64,000 nt of DNA from Nitrosarchaeum sp. GTDB lineage: Archaea > Thermoproteota > Nitrososphaeria > Nitrososphaerales > Nitrosopumilaceae. Shown in pieces: positions 39,719-50,310 of this stretch. The notes below the pieces were generated by a model. It saw only the letters and a list, made by a program, of their open reading frames with translations. It made no database searches and had not been told where the DNA came from. The stretch's first letter is position 1; each line of letters opens with the position of its first letter. A program made the position numbers and the translations under genes. The stretch is taken from NCBI GenBank assembly GCA_965223865.1, contig OZ245020.1, positions 1,760,001-1,824,000 of the forward strand. The letters run 5' to 3'.

Positions 39719-40099
39719 GTGAGAAAATCTGTTGAGAACCTTGCAACCAGTAAAACAACTGGTGGAAGAAGACATCCATTGAGAATTAGACGCAAATATG
39801 AAACGGACAGATATCCAAATGAAGCTGTAAATGAAGTTCAAGTAACCATTACTAGGAGAATTCGAGGCAAAAATAAAAAAACAGCTTTAAAGTCAATAGA
39901 TTTTGTAAATTTAGCAACTGAGGGTCCTAAAGTAAAGAAAACAAAAATTCTCAAAGTTTTAGAAAATGCTACAAATAATGATTATCAAAGAAGAGGCATC
40001 ATAACCAAAGGCGCAATATTAGAAACACAAGAAGGAAAATGTAAAGTGGTTTCTAGACCTGGACAGAACGGAATAGTTAACGCAATTCTCTTAAAGTGA
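39719..40099 (+). CDS. rps8e: Ribosomal protein eS8
   Basis: TGGRR, RRKYE, IITKGA and SRPGQ.G.VNA. Confidence 0.95.
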   Translation: MRKSVENLATSKTTGGRRHPLRIRRKYETDRYPNEAVNEVQVTITRRIRGKNKKTALKSIDFVNLATEGPKVKKTKILKVLENATNNDYQRRGIITKGAILETQEGKCKVVSRPGQNGIVNAILLK

Positions 40100-40103
40100 T
40101 TTC

Positions 40104-40403
40104 ATGAAGGATTACGAACATATCGTAGTCTGGTTGGATTATTTCAATAAAACATTACCAAGAGTTAAAGGCAGAAAGCTTGGAAAAGAAAAATGTGTTT
40201 TTGATCCTTCACTAAAAGAATTAGCAGATGCAGCAACAGCAGCAGGTTTTGAAATCACAGAAACTGATGACAAAGTAAGATTTCCAAGAAGACCATATGT
40301 TAGGTCGGGGTACATTGTGTTACCAAAAGGATCTTCAAAGACAAAAATTCTTAACAAAATTTCAGAAAAATTAGTTTCAAAACGTTCCAAACAATCAAAA
40401 TAA
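40104..40403 (+). CDS. srp19: SRP19
   Basis: VVW..YF....R..GRK......DP motif. Confidence 0.9.
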   Translation: MKDYEHIVVWLDYFNKTLPRVKGRKLGKEKCVFDPSLKELADAATAAGFEITETDDKVRFPRRPYVRSGYIVLPKGSSKTKILNKISEKLVSKRSKQSK

Positions 40404-40477
40404 AATCAATTCTAGCTGTTAGCTAAAGTAAAGTTGACAGAAGTCTATGAAAAGAATATGATGCTTATTGTTTTTAA

Positions 40478-40744
40478 TTGCAGGAGGTAGGCGAAATAAT
40501 GCACCTAGCCGGTAGTGGCAGAGTAATTATTCAACTATCAAACAAATTAGTTGAAGGGCAAATTCTCTGTGACGAGAAGGGAACTAGAATTGCAAAAGTA
40601 ATGGAATTAATTGGTCCAGTAAAAAGACCGTTTGCATCAGCAACTCCATTAACAAATAACATCAAAAAATACATTGGCAAAAGTGTTTTCGCAACTGAAT
40701 ATTCTCCTGCTAAAATACAAAAAAATAGGAGAAGAAAAAATTGA
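40478..40744 (+). CDS. gar1: H/ACA RNP protein Gar1
   Basis: IAKV.E.IGPV.RPFA; upstream of tfb as usual in archaea. Confidence 0.85.
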   Translation: MQEVGEIMHLAGSGRVIIQLSNKLVEGQILCDEKGTRIAKVMELIGPVKRPFASATPLTNNIKKYIGKSVFATEYSPAKIQKNRRRKN

Positions 40745-41697
40745 ACATATTACAAACACAAAACTGTCCTGAATGTCAATCATCATTAGTTGATGACATT
40801 CAGAATGGAGAAGTTATCTGTTCTGGTTGTGGCGTAGTTGTTGCAGATCAGATTGCAGATTATGGTCCAGAAACCAAAAGCTCAAATCTCGAAGACAAGA
40901 TGAAGCTTGCAAGAGCATCCGGACAAACGACATATTCACAACATGACTTGGGAATTGCAACTGAGATATCAATTAGTTCTAAAGACTTCAGTGGAAAAAC
41001 AATCAATCACGACGTTGCAAATCAAATGCACAATCTCAGAAAATGGCAACAAAGAGTAAGAGTTTCCTCACCAAGAGAAAGAAGACTAGCAAATGTGTTA
41101 TCAAAAATGGGTGAAACATGTGACAGTCTAAATCTTTCAAAAAATGTTTTGGAAACTGCATCAATGATTTACAGAAACTTGGATGGACATGTTGATGTAA
41201 AGGGAAAATCAGTAGCAAGTATTACAGCTGCTACAATTTACATGGCATGTAAGCAATGTGATGTAGTAAGATCACTTGAAGAAATTTGTCGAGGAATATG
41301 TGCACCAAAAGATGTTAAATCAAAAACAAAACTTGCAGCAAGGTACTATAGAACTATGGTAATGGAAATGGGACAACTTACAGCACCAGTAGTTACCATG
41401 GACAAGTACATCTCAAAAATTGCAAATATGACGCAAACCGAAGTTAGAGTTGAAAGATTAGCTTTGGAAATTGCTGAAAAAACCAAAGACAGCAGTATTG
41501 CTGATGGAAAGGCACCAAACGGAATTGCAGCAGCATATCTGTATGTAGCCTCGGTGTTATTGGGACAAAATGTCCTCCAAAGAGATGTATCCAGTATTGC
41601 AGGCGTCACTGAGGTAACCATCAGAAATAGATGTAAAGAGATTCTAACAAATTACAAACTCAAAATTACTTTGAGACCATCTCTGGCCAAATACTAA
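40741..41697 (+). CDS. tfb: Transcription initiation factor TFB
   Basis: CPEC...CSGCG zinc ribbon, LRKWQ.R.R, two cyclin folds and VTEVTIRNR. Confidence 0.95.
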   Translation: MNILQTQNCPECQSSLVDDIQNGEVICSGCGVVVADQIADYGPETKSSNLEDKMKLARASGQTTYSQHDLGIATEISISSKDFSGKTINHDVANQMHNLRKWQQRVRVSSPRERRLANVLSKMGETCDSLNLSKNVLETASMIYRNLDGHVDVKGKSVASITAATIYMACKQCDVVRSLEEICRGICAPKDVKSKTKLAARYYRTMVMEMGQLTAPVVTMDKYISKIANMTQTEVRVERLALEIAEKTKDSSIADGKAPNGIAAAYLYVASVLLGQNVLQRDVSSIAGVTEVTIRNRCKEILTNYKLKITLRPSLAKY

Positions 41698-41799
41698 TCC
41701 AAATCCCCTTTTTCATTTTATTAGAGTTTATTTACAAGACTTGGTTAGGATCAACTAATTTTCGTGGGCATTATATATAGAGAAACAAAATAATCACAC

Positions 41800-42573
41800 A
41801 TGGCAGTATTAGAAATAAAAGATCTTCATGTAACAAGAGAAGGAAAAGAAATTCTCAAAGGTGTAAATTTGAAAACAGGTCCTGGAGAAGTTCATGCCAT
41901 AATGGGACCCAATGGATCTGGAAAGAGTACATTAGCATACACATTACTTGCACATCCTAAATACGAAGTTACTCAAGGAGATATTTTGTTAGACGGAGAG
42001 AGCATTTTAGAATTAACAGCAGATGAGCTGGCAAAGAAAGGATTATTCTTAGGATTTCAATATCCAACTGAAGTTGCAGGTGTTGGCTTTTCTCATTTCC
42101 TTAGAACATCCTACAACTCCCTTAGTAAAGCATTGCAAGGTGAAGATAGAGAAGTATTCATTACAGTTAGAGAATTCCAAAAATATCTCAAAGACAATCT
42201 TAACAAAGTTGGTTTAAAAGAAGAATTTCTATCAAGATATCTAAATGAGGGATTTTCTGGAGGAGAGAAAAAACGTGCTGAAGTTTTACAAATGGCAGTG
42301 TTAAAACCAAAAATTTCGATTCTAGATGAACCTGACTCGGGGCTAGATATCGATGCGGTACAATCAGTCGCAAAGGCAATTAGCCAAGTCTCAGGAAAAG
42401 ATGCCACTGTAATTGTAATTACACACTATGCAAGAATTTTGAAATTCCTAGATAAATTGGACTTTGTGCATGTTTTTGCACAGGGTAAAGTGTTGAAGAC
42501 AGGAGATGCATCACTTGCAGATAAATTAGAAAGTGAAGGCTATGACTGGGTTTTAGAACAACAGGTGCAGTAA
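41800..42573 (+). CDS. sufC: Fe-S assembly ATPase SufC
   Basis: MGPNGSGKST, FQYP, NEGFSGGEKKR and LDEPDSGLDIDA. Confidence 0.95.
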   Translation: MAVLEIKDLHVTREGKEILKGVNLKTGPGEVHAIMGPNGSGKSTLAYTLLAHPKYEVTQGDILLDGESILELTADELAKKGLFLGFQYPTEVAGVGFSHFLRTSYNSLSKALQGEDREVFITVREFQKYLKDNLNKVGLKEEFLSRYLNEGFSGGEKKRAEVLQMAVLKPKISILDEPDSGLDIDAVQSVAKAISQVSGKDATVIVITHYARILKFLDKLDFVHVFAQGKVLKTGDASLADKLESEGYDWVLEQQVQ

Positions 42574-42734
42574 AAATACAAACTAAAGTTTTATTCAAAT
42601 CACTTCAATAAAGTCAATTATTTTCAGTTGTAAAAATTTGTTCAGGGAAAAAATCCTGACAAAAAAATATTGAAATTCAAGATCAGATAATCCAGTTTTT
42701 TGTTTAAATAGGGCAACTCAAAAAAATAAAATTA

Positions 42735-43412
42735 ATGGAACCTAATGATGATGAAAAATATTATTTTAATTTCTCATTCTTCCAAATAGATCCCAAATGG
42801 AGATGGATGGCAGACCTTGCAAAAGAAGAATCTGCAAGAGAAGTAGAGAATGTTATAAAAAATTCAGGAATTAAATTTAGATCTTATTCAACATTAGGAT
42901 TACGTTCAGATGCAGACTTTTTGTTTTGGTTTGCTGCAAAATCAATTGAAGAAATTCAAAATGCCATTTCTAAACTGTATCTTACGGTTTTTGGAAAGTA
43001 TGTAATTCCCACACAAACATACATTTCATGCACAAGACCATCAATTTATGCAAGAAAAGGAAGGATAATCTCATTTGTTGCAGGAAATGAATCAAAAAAA
43101 TATGTCATTGTTTATCCTTTCACTAAGACAAGGGAATGGTATCTATTACCACAAGAAGAAAGACAAAAAATGATGGATGAACATATTGATGTCAGTCAAA
43201 AATATCCAGATATTGTTCTAAATACAACATACTCTTTTGGAATCGATGATCAGGATTTTATGTTAGCATTTGAAACTGACGAATTAAGAGATTTTCAGGA
43301 TCTAATAATGGATTTGAGAGAAACAAAAGTATCCAAGTACGTTAAAGTAGACACCCCAATGATTCCTTGCGTAAAAAGAGACATCATGCCTCTAATAGCC
43401 AGTTTAGGCTAG
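42735..43412 (+). CDS. Chlorite dismutase / coproheme decarboxylase (ChdC/HemQ) family protein
   Basis: GLR.DADFLFW, YPF.K..EWY.L..EER..MM.EH and YSFGIDDQDF. Confidence 0.85.
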   Translation: MEPNDDEKYYFNFSFFQIDPKWRWMADLAKEESAREVENVIKNSGIKFRSYSTLGLRSDADFLFWFAAKSIEEIQNAISKLYLTVFGKYVIPTQTYISCTRPSIYARKGRIISFVAGNESKKYVIVYPFTKTREWYLLPQEERQKMMDEHIDVSQKYPDIVLNTTYSFGIDDQDFMLAFETDELRDFQDLIMDLRETKVSKYVKVDTPMIPCVKRDIMPLIASLG

Positions 43413-43521
43413 AAATTGAAACTCACTGATGCAAATATTGGATAAACATAAATGAAGAAATTTTATTGAAAAATTAGTTTGGAAGAACTAAGTCTTTCAA
43501 AATGAAATCAAACGATGTAAA

Positions 43522-44520
43522 ATGAAATACAAAAAACTAGGTAAAAGTGGAATTAAAGTATCAGAGATAGGATTTGGAGCATGGACTATTGCTCTAGATT
43601 GGTGGGGCAAGAAAATTGAAGAAGATGAAGCAAAACGTATGCTAAAAAAAGCCTATGATTTAGGAATTAATTTCTTTGAGACTGCAGATATGTATGGAAA
43701 GGGCAAAAGTGAAAAATTAATTGGCGAAGTATTCAATGGAATGAGAGATGAGATTGTAATATCTACAAAATATGGATATGATTTCTCAGAAGCAGATCAG
43801 ATTGGTCATGCAGAGCTTCCTCAAAATTTTGATAAAGAATTTACACGAAAAGCACTCAATGCATCACTTGAAAGACTACAAACAGACTATTTAGACTCTT
43901 TTGGATTACACAATCCTAAATTAAATCATATTAGAAATTATTCAACTTTTGATACTCTTGATGAGTTAATCAATGAAGGTAAAATAAAATCATCACAGGT
44001 TGCATTAGGTCCCGCTATTGGATGGACACAAGAGGGTTTGGAGGCAATGGACAGAAAAAGTGTTTCTGCAGTTCAAACAGTGTACAATATTTTAGAGCAA
44101 ACACCGGGGAATGAATTGATTGAAAAAGCTGAAAAACAAGATGTTGGGATTTTAGTTAGAGTTCCAGATGCATCAGGTATTCTTACTGGTAAAGTTAAAG
44201 CAGAAACTATCATTCCAAGTAATGATCATAGAAAAGACAGAAAAGTTGAATGGAGAAAATCTGCATTACAAAAAGTAGAACAGTTCAGACCAATTGCTGA
44301 ACGGAATGGATTAAACATAACTGAATTTGCAATAAAGTTCATACTCTCAAAAAAGTCAATCGCATCAGTATTACCTACAGTTATTAACGAAGAAGAGATT
44401 GAAACATTTGCGTCTATCTCTGATGGAAACTATCTTAGTTCCTCAGACATGAAAGAGATTGATGATTTGTATAATACATGGCCTCCATACGAATTAAAGG
44501 CTACGCCTCAAGCTAATTAA
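43522..44520 (+). CDS. Aldo/keto reductase
   Basis: LGKSG.KVSEIGFG, ETADMYG.G.SE and SL.RLQTDYLD. Confidence 0.9.
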   Translation: MKYKKLGKSGIKVSEIGFGAWTIALDWWGKKIEEDEAKRMLKKAYDLGINFFETADMYGKGKSEKLIGEVFNGMRDEIVISTKYGYDFSEADQIGHAELPQNFDKEFTRKALNASLERLQTDYLDSFGLHNPKLNHIRNYSTFDTLDELINEGKIKSSQVALGPAIGWTQEGLEAMDRKSVSAVQTVYNILEQTPGNELIEKAEKQDVGILVRVPDASGILTGKVKAETIIPSNDHRKDRKVEWRKSALQKVEQFRPIAERNGLNITEFAIKFILSKKSIASVLPTVINEEEIETFASISDGNYLSSSDMKEIDDLYNTWPPYELKATPQAN

Positions 44521-44526
44521 TCGCTA

Positions 44527-44865
44527 ATGGACAAATCAATGGATAAAGAAAAGACAATAGAAATCATAGAAAGACTCAAGCTAGCAAAGATAGGAGATTA
44601 TAAAAAATGGGAATTAATAATTAAAAAAATTAAAACGGATATTCCATTAAATTTAGGAGAAATTGAATATTTTTCAAACTTGACAAGAATTTACAAAGAA
44701 TCAACGATTTCAAAAAGAACAAGAATTTATCACACAAAATTATCAGAATACGATAAAAAACCACCCTGCCAGACTTGTGGGGATTTTTCAGAATATTATT
44801 GCAACATGAATGACCAATACTTTTGTTTAATTCATGTAGTAGGGCATGACGATAATGAAATTTAG
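44527..44865 (+). CDS. Hypothetical protein with C-terminal B-box-like zinc finger
   Basis: CQTC....YYC..D..FC..H...H. Confidence 0.65.
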   Translation: MDKSMDKEKTIEIIERLKLAKIGDYKKWELIIKKIKTDIPLNLGEIEYFSNLTRIYKESTISKRTRIYHTKLSEYDKKPPCQTCGDFSEYYCNMNDQYFCLIHVVGHDDNEI

Positions 44866-45878
44866 GAAGCAGGAATTGTTTCTTCTAGGTTAAAATCATT
44901 TTCAACAAAGTATTCGACTCTAGTTTTTTTGAATTCACGAGAGCTAAACAATATCTTGTAGTCATCAACATTAATTTGATTTTGAATAGTTTGAGCCATC
45001 TCTTTAGCTTCCTCATGGGTTTTACAATGAATCATAGAAAATACATTGTATGGCCAATCAGGATACGTTGGTCTCTCATAGCAATGACTTACTTGAGGAA
45101 ATGCTCCAAGTTTTCCTCCAACTTCAGAAATTCTATCTTCAGGAACCTTCCATACAATCATTCCGTTTGCAGTAAAGCCAACTTGCCTATGTCGAAGAAT
45201 TGCGGCAAATCTTCGCATTACTCCAATACTTTCATAGTATTTCATTTTTTCAAATAGATGTTCTTCAGTTATGCCTAGATTATTTGCAGCTTTTACAAAG
45301 GGTTCATCAATAATTTCCATATCTTTTTGAAGTTCACGAATGAATTTTTTGTCAGTTTCATTAGGTTCAAATTTTATGTTTTGAATTTCTTTTTTCTGTT
45401 CAGTTGGTGCAACTTGATGTTTTTTTTCATCAACCATATCTAGTTTTACACCTATTTTGAATAATTGAAGAGTTGGTAGCATTCGGACTTTTTTTATTCC
45501 TTTTAGCACATTGAATTTTTCAAGTTCTGTTTTCAAATCAGAACCAGGTGGTACAGCTAAAGTAAACCATAGATTAAACTGATGGTCACGCTCATAATTA
45601 TGACTCACACCAGGATGTCGATTAATTTGACTTGCTACATATTCTAATTTTTTTGGCTCAATCTCCATTGCGACAAGAGAGCTGGTATAACCTAATTTTC
45701 TTGTATCAAAAATAGCGCTTAGTTGTCGCAATACACCTGATTTTTTGAGGTCATTCATACGTTCTTTAATAATTTCTGGAGTCGTTTCAAATTTTTTTGC
45801 TATAGCTTCAAAGGGTCTGGTAACAAGTGGAAAAGTCCATTGAATTTCGTTTAGGATTTCTTTATCCAACTCATCCAT
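44862..45878 (-). CDS. ahbAB: Siroheme decarboxylase, fused AhbA/AhbB (NirDL-like, Lrp/AsnC fold)
   Basis: Two halves with VSHNYER.H.FNLWFT and VSHCYERP....W.YN.FSMIH; start at MDELD. Confidence 0.88.
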   Translation of the reverse strand: MDELDKEILNEIQWTFPLVTRPFEAIAKKFETTPEIIKERMNDLKKSGVLRQLSAIFDTRKLGYTSSLVAMEIEPKKLEYVASQINRHPGVSHNYERDHQFNLWFTLAVPPGSDLKTELEKFNVLKGIKKVRMLPTLQLFKIGVKLDMVDEKKHQVAPTEQKKEIQNIKFEPNETDKKFIRELQKDMEIIDEPFVKAANNLGITEEHLFEKMKYYESIGVMRRFAAILRHRQVGFTANGMIVWKVPEDRISEVGGKLGAFPQVSHCYERPTYPDWPYNVFSMIHCKTHEEAKEMAQTIQNQINVDDYKILFSSREFKKTRVEYFVENDFNLEETIPAS

Positions 45879-45981
45879 TGAGGCCAATAAGTCAGTAACT
45901 AGTCTATTCAATTAAAAACTTAGCTAGAATTTTACGCCTCAGTTTTTAATACATAAATAGAAACTGTCGTCTTTTTGATCG

Positions 45982-46635
45982 ATGATAGTTGATCTGAACC
46001 TCCAAGGTAAAAAAGTAATTATCATCGGAGGCGGAAATGAAGCACTAAAGAGAATAAATTCATTGTTAAAACAACAATGCGATGTATTTGTAATTAGCAG
46101 TAAAGTAAATTCTCAGATTATCAAACTAGCCGAATCTAAAATAATAAAATTAAAAAAAATGAATATGGCTAATGTATCTATTCTTTCTAAATACAAACCA
46201 CATGTAGTAATTACTACTACAGATGACAGAAAATTGAATCAGGAAATAATAGAGTATGGGAAAAAAAATAAAATTATTACGTATAGTTCAGATAATCCAG
46301 ATGATAGTGATTTTGCAAATCCTGCAGTAATAGATATTGAAAACATCATACAAATTGCAATTTTTACTGGTGGAAGGAGTCCAGTAATGTCAAAAAAGCT
46401 GAAAATAAAATTTGAAGAGATTTTTAAAAAATCCGTAACAAAGGAGGAAATTGATCAAATTAAAATTCAAAAGATCGTCAGGGAGTTAGCCAAAGACAGA
46501 ATATCCACTCAAAAAAAGAGAAAAGAAGTTCTAAGCAATATTATGGCTGATAATGAGATTGATCAGTTAATAAAAGACGGAAAATTGAAAAAAGCTGAAA
46601 AACGGGCAATTACAATATTGAGAGATTGGGAATGA
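45982..46635 (+). CDS. sirC: Precorrin-2 dehydrogenase / sirohydrochlorin ferrochelatase
   Basis: IIGGGNEA, DNP..SDF..PA and TGGRSP. Confidence 0.88.
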   Translation: MIVDLNLQGKKVIIIGGGNEALKRINSLLKQQCDVFVISSKVNSQIIKLAESKIIKLKKMNMANVSILSKYKPHVVITTTDDRKLNQEIIEYGKKNKIITYSSDNPDDSDFANPAVIDIENIIQIAIFTGGRSPVMSKKLKIKFEEIFKKSVTKEEIDQIKIQKIVRELAKDRISTQKKRKEVLSNIMADNEIDQLIKDGKLKKAEKRAITILRDWE

Positions 46636-47894
46636 AGCAAAACATCATAAATGCAAGGGTAACTTTTCGTGGATCTCCAATTCATGTTTTAGAAAGATTT
46701 ACAATTAGAGATTTAGAGGGAGCATATGAACAATTTAAGAAACACTCAGGATTAGATGAGTGTGTAATTATTCAGACGTGTAACCGAATTGAATTGTTTG
46801 GAAAATCAAAGGAATGTAATGCTGAAAAGATCAAAAAGACATGGGCATCATTGACGGGTTTAGAGGAAGAAGCATTCAAAGATAATTTAGAATTAGTTGA
46901 AAATCAACAAGCATTTCATCATCTTCTAAAACTCACATCAGGATTAGATTCAATGGTACTTGGAGAAGAACAGATTTTAGGCCAAATTAAAAATTCCATC
47001 ACAGAGGCAAGAAGTATCAAAGCATCAGGTCAGCATCTCAATACTCTTTTTGACAAAGCAATTAGAATAGGAACACGAATTAGAAATACCAGCGGTATTG
47101 GGCGAGGAGGAATTTCTGTTGGTTCTATGGCAGTAAAATTAGCAGAAGAAAATATTGATGAGTTAAAATTTAAAAAAATATTACTGATTGGAACAGGAGA
47201 AGTTTCAACTCTTGTTGCAAAATCCCTTCAAAGAAGAGGATATGGTTTTTCAGTAACTAGCAGAACTCTTGAAAGATCGAAGGCATTTTGTGAAACAATG
47301 GGAGGAAAGCCAGTTAAATTTGAAGATGTTTTATCAGGATTTGAAAATTATGATGTACTTTTTGTAGCAACTACTGCACCATACTTTCTTGTAACATATG
47401 AAAGGATTACAAATGCCATGAAGGAAAAGAAAACAGGTATGATGATTTTGGATTTGTCAAACCCTAGAACAGTAGATGAAAAAGTAGCAACTATTGGAGG
47501 TATTAAATTAATGAATCTTGATCAAATTGCTGAAATGGTTGAAAAGAATATGAATGCACGATTAAACAAGGTAAAAACCGTTGAAAATATAATTAATGAA
47601 GAAGTATCAGTTCTAGAAGCCTCAATGAAAAGACTAGATGCCGAACCACTCGTTAAAGATGTTTTCAAAAACATAGACTCTCTTAGAATAAAAGAATTAC
47701 AAAAAGCACTGCATATGCTTGATGAAAAAGATGAGAAAAAAATCAAGATAATTGAAGAGTTAACAAAGGCAGTAGTAGAAAGTATAGTATCTACTCCCAT
47801 GAACAATATTAGAAAGGCATCTGAGCAAGGAGATCCTTATGTTATTGAAATGGCAAGCAAATTATTTGACTATAAAAAGAGTCAATTAGACTAG
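46632..47894 (+). CDS. hemA: Glutamyl-tRNA reductase
   Basis: QTCNRIE, GLDSMVLGE.QILGQ and DLSNPR. Confidence 0.95.
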   Translation: MKQNIINARVTFRGSPIHVLERFTIRDLEGAYEQFKKHSGLDECVIIQTCNRIELFGKSKECNAEKIKKTWASLTGLEEEAFKDNLELVENQQAFHHLLKLTSGLDSMVLGEEQILGQIKNSITEARSIKASGQHLNTLFDKAIRIGTRIRNTSGIGRGGISVGSMAVKLAEENIDELKFKKILLIGTGEVSTLVAKSLQRRGYGFSVTSRTLERSKAFCETMGGKPVKFEDVLSGFENYDVLFVATTAPYFLVTYERITNAMKEKKTGMMILDLSNPRTVDEKVATIGGIKLMNLDQIAEMVEKNMNARLNKVKTVENIINEEVSVLEASMKRLDAEPLVKDVFKNIDSLRIKELQKALHMLDEKDEKKIKIIEELTKAVVESIVSTPMNNIRKASEQGDPYVIEMASKLFDYKKSQLD

Positions 47895-47919
47895 GATTAT
47901 ATTTTACCCTAAAGGATTT

Positions 47920-48906
47920 TTGAGTATGTCTTTTCCTATGAGACGACTTCGTAGATTAAGAACTTCTTCAAAAATGAGGGAGTTGGTACAAGAGACTAGT
48001 TTATCACCAAGAGATTTCATTTGCCCAGTTTTTGTTCAAGAAGATCTAAAGACAAGAATTAAAGTAGAATCAATGTCAGAGATAGAACGATTGCCTCTTG
48101 AAGACATTAATGATGAGGTAGGAACAATTTCAGATTTAGGCATACCTGCAATTATGTTATTTGGAATTCCAAGTAACAAAGATGAAGCTGGTTCATCAGC
48201 ATTTGATGATAATGGAATTGTTCAAAAGGCAATTTCCCAGATTAGAAAAAACTTTGGAGATAAAATGGTGATTATGGCAGATGTATGTCTGTGTCAATTT
48301 ACATCAACAGGACACTGTGGAATTATTCAAGGAAATAAAATCGATAACGATACTAGTTTGGACACTTTAGCAAAAATAGCCGTAAGTCAGGCAAAAGCAG
48401 GTGTTGATACTGTCTCACCATCTGCAATGATGGATGGTCAAGTAGCTGCGATTAGAGAAGCTCTAGACGGTGAAGGGTTTACTGATGTATCTATAATGTC
48501 ACATTCAGCAAAACATCGTTCTGGGTTTTACTCACCTTTTAGAGATGCTGCGGAATGTGCACCAAAATTCGGAGACAGAAAAACATACCAAGTTCCTTTC
48601 ACAAATGCAAGAGAAGCCATGTTGGAAGTTCAAACTGATATCAATGAGGGGGTAGATATTGTAATGATTAAACCAGCTTTATCATATCTAGATCTTATTT
48701 CAGAAACTAGAAAGAGATTCGACGTTCCAGTTGCAGCATACAGTGTTTCAGGAGAATATGCATTAGTTAAAGGAGCAGCAAAACAAGGTTGGATTGATGA
48801 AAAGAACATCACAGAAGAAATACTATATTCCATTAAAAGAGCAGGTGCAGACATGATTGTGACATACTTTGCAAAATCAGCAGCAACATTTCTTCAAAAA
48901 TCATGA
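47920..48906 (+). CDS. hemB: Porphobilinogen synthase
   Basis: RRLRRLR, DVCLC....GHCG, MMDG and MIKP. Confidence 0.96.
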   Translation: MSMSFPMRRLRRLRTSSKMRELVQETSLSPRDFICPVFVQEDLKTRIKVESMSEIERLPLEDINDEVGTISDLGIPAIMLFGIPSNKDEAGSSAFDDNGIVQKAISQIRKNFGDKMVIMADVCLCQFTSTGHCGIIQGNKIDNDTSLDTLAKIAVSQAKAGVDTVSPSAMMDGQVAAIREALDGEGFTDVSIMSHSAKHRSGFYSPFRDAAECAPKFGDRKTYQVPFTNAREAMLEVQTDINEGVDIVMIKPALSYLDLISETRKRFDVPVAAYSVSGEYALVKGAAKQGWIDEKNITEEILYSIKRAGADMIVTYFAKSAATFLQKS

Positions 48907-49214
48907 GAAATGATGAAAGATTTGAGATAGAAAGGGCTTTTGACTTATTGCCTCATGTGGTTGGTTGTAGTTGGGCTACAATTTGGTTTAGAATGAATGG
49001 AAACAAAAGACCCACAAGAGAAGAATTCCGAGAAAAGACAATAGAATACTTCAAAGTAATTGATCCTATCTTTGATTCATACCCAAAAGAGGAAAAATTT
49101 CAGGCAATTCAAAAATACATTAATTTTAGAAGAGATGAAGAAATCAAAAAGATTACGAACGGATTAAACAAAGAGGTCGAAAAGAGATATGACAGATATG
49201 TGGATTATGGTTGA
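48903..49214 (+). CDS. Hypothetical protein
   Basis: ATGA overlap with hemB. Confidence 0.7.
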   Translation: MRNDERFEIERAFDLLPHVVGCSWATIWFRMNGNKRPTREEFREKTIEYFKVIDPIFDSYPKEEKFQAIQKYINFRRDEEIKKITNGLNKEVEKRYDRYVDYG

Positions 49215-49257
49215 TTTACTGAAATTTTTGATTAAAAATAAAAGAGAAAAGAGTGAT

Positions 49258-50166
49258 CTATTGCTCCAAGTTTAATGGAATAGATGCACTTCCATACGGT
49301 TCAGAGATTCTAAAGACATAATCTTTTGAAGAATCATAGATGAATTGTGTTCCACCATATCCAATATTTGGACCAAACAACATGTTGAATATTGCAGACT
49401 CTCCAGATTTCAGAACAATTTGCCCATTTGTAAAATCCATGCCAGAATACTTGAATGCCTTTTCACCATTCCAAACATCATAGTTACATACAGCAGGACC
49501 AGTACACATCATGGAAATATTATCTGATGAGCCATTATTTTCAGCTAGCATTCTAATTGAAAGAATTGCCTGACCAGATGGAGAAATTTCAAATGAATTT
49601 CCTTCACTTCCAAGATCGGCCCAATAATAAGTCAATGGTCCTACTTGGAAAGACTGACCATTTGTTTTTATTTTGTAAGCTTCAATTTGATGCTCAGCTG
49701 CTTTTTCACAGTTTAGTCTAGGATATGCTTTAGTAATCTCAGAACATTTTTCAAGCTCTGTTTCAAGGGAAGCTAATTTTGAATCATTAGTTGCTGATTG
49801 CATTGGAGCTTCAACTACAGGTTCAGAAGTTGAAACAGAGACAATACCAGTTTTTATCAGATGTTGAATTCCGTTAACAAATTCACCATCAGAAATTGTT
49901 CCATCAGCCCACCATCCTGCATTGTTTTTTACCCAAGCTGGTACACCTTCAGACGATTCAGCAGATACTGTTGTTGGAGGAACTACAATAATACCATCTT
50001 CTATAAGGAATTGAATCCCTTGTACAAATTCTGATTCAGAAATTGTTCCATCAGCCCACCATCCTGCATTGTTTTTTACCCAAGCTGGTACTTCTTCAGC
50101 ACTTGCAAAAGAAGTAATTGATCCTACTAAGAGAATTGCTGCAATTGTGGTTATTGTGGTTTTCAT
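49258..50166 (-). CDS. Exported protein with two N-terminal VPAWVKNNAGWW repeats and a C-terminal beta-rich domain
   Basis: Signal peptide; the two repeats are identical at DNA level over about 55 bp (about 49889-49944 and 50036-50091). Confidence 0.8.
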   Translation of the reverse strand: MKTTITTIAAILLVGSITSFASAEEVPAWVKNNAGWWADGTISESEFVQGIQFLIEDGIIVVPPTTVSAESSEGVPAWVKNNAGWWADGTISDGEFVNGIQHLIKTGIVSVSTSEPVVEAPMQSATNDSKLASLETELEKCSEITKAYPRLNCEKAAEHQIEAYKIKTNGQSFQVGPLTYYWADLGSEGNSFEISPSGQAILSIRMLAENNGSSDNISMMCTGPAVCNYDVWNGEKAFKYSGMDFTNGQIVLKSGESAIFNMLFGPNIGYGGTQFIYDSSKDYVFRISEPYGSASIPLNLEQ

Positions 50167-50214
50167 TAACGTGTTTTTCCATTCATAATATTTAAGCTGG
50201 TGCCAATAATTTGT

Positions 50215-50259
50215 CTAGTGCTAAATTTTAAAAGAAATTGTAAAAATATCTAGTGGTAA
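50215..50259. promoter_or_regulatory. Two regulon boxes serving divergent promoters (ctagtgctaa 50215-50224; ctagtggtaa 50250-50259)
   Basis: Each lies 20-21 nt from a TATA-like element (50189-50195 on minus; 50281-50287 on plus). Confidence 0.7.
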
Positions 50260-50310
50260 ACAAAATTTTCCATATTGGGCTTTTTATGTAATCAACATCA
50301 AATTTGAAAA

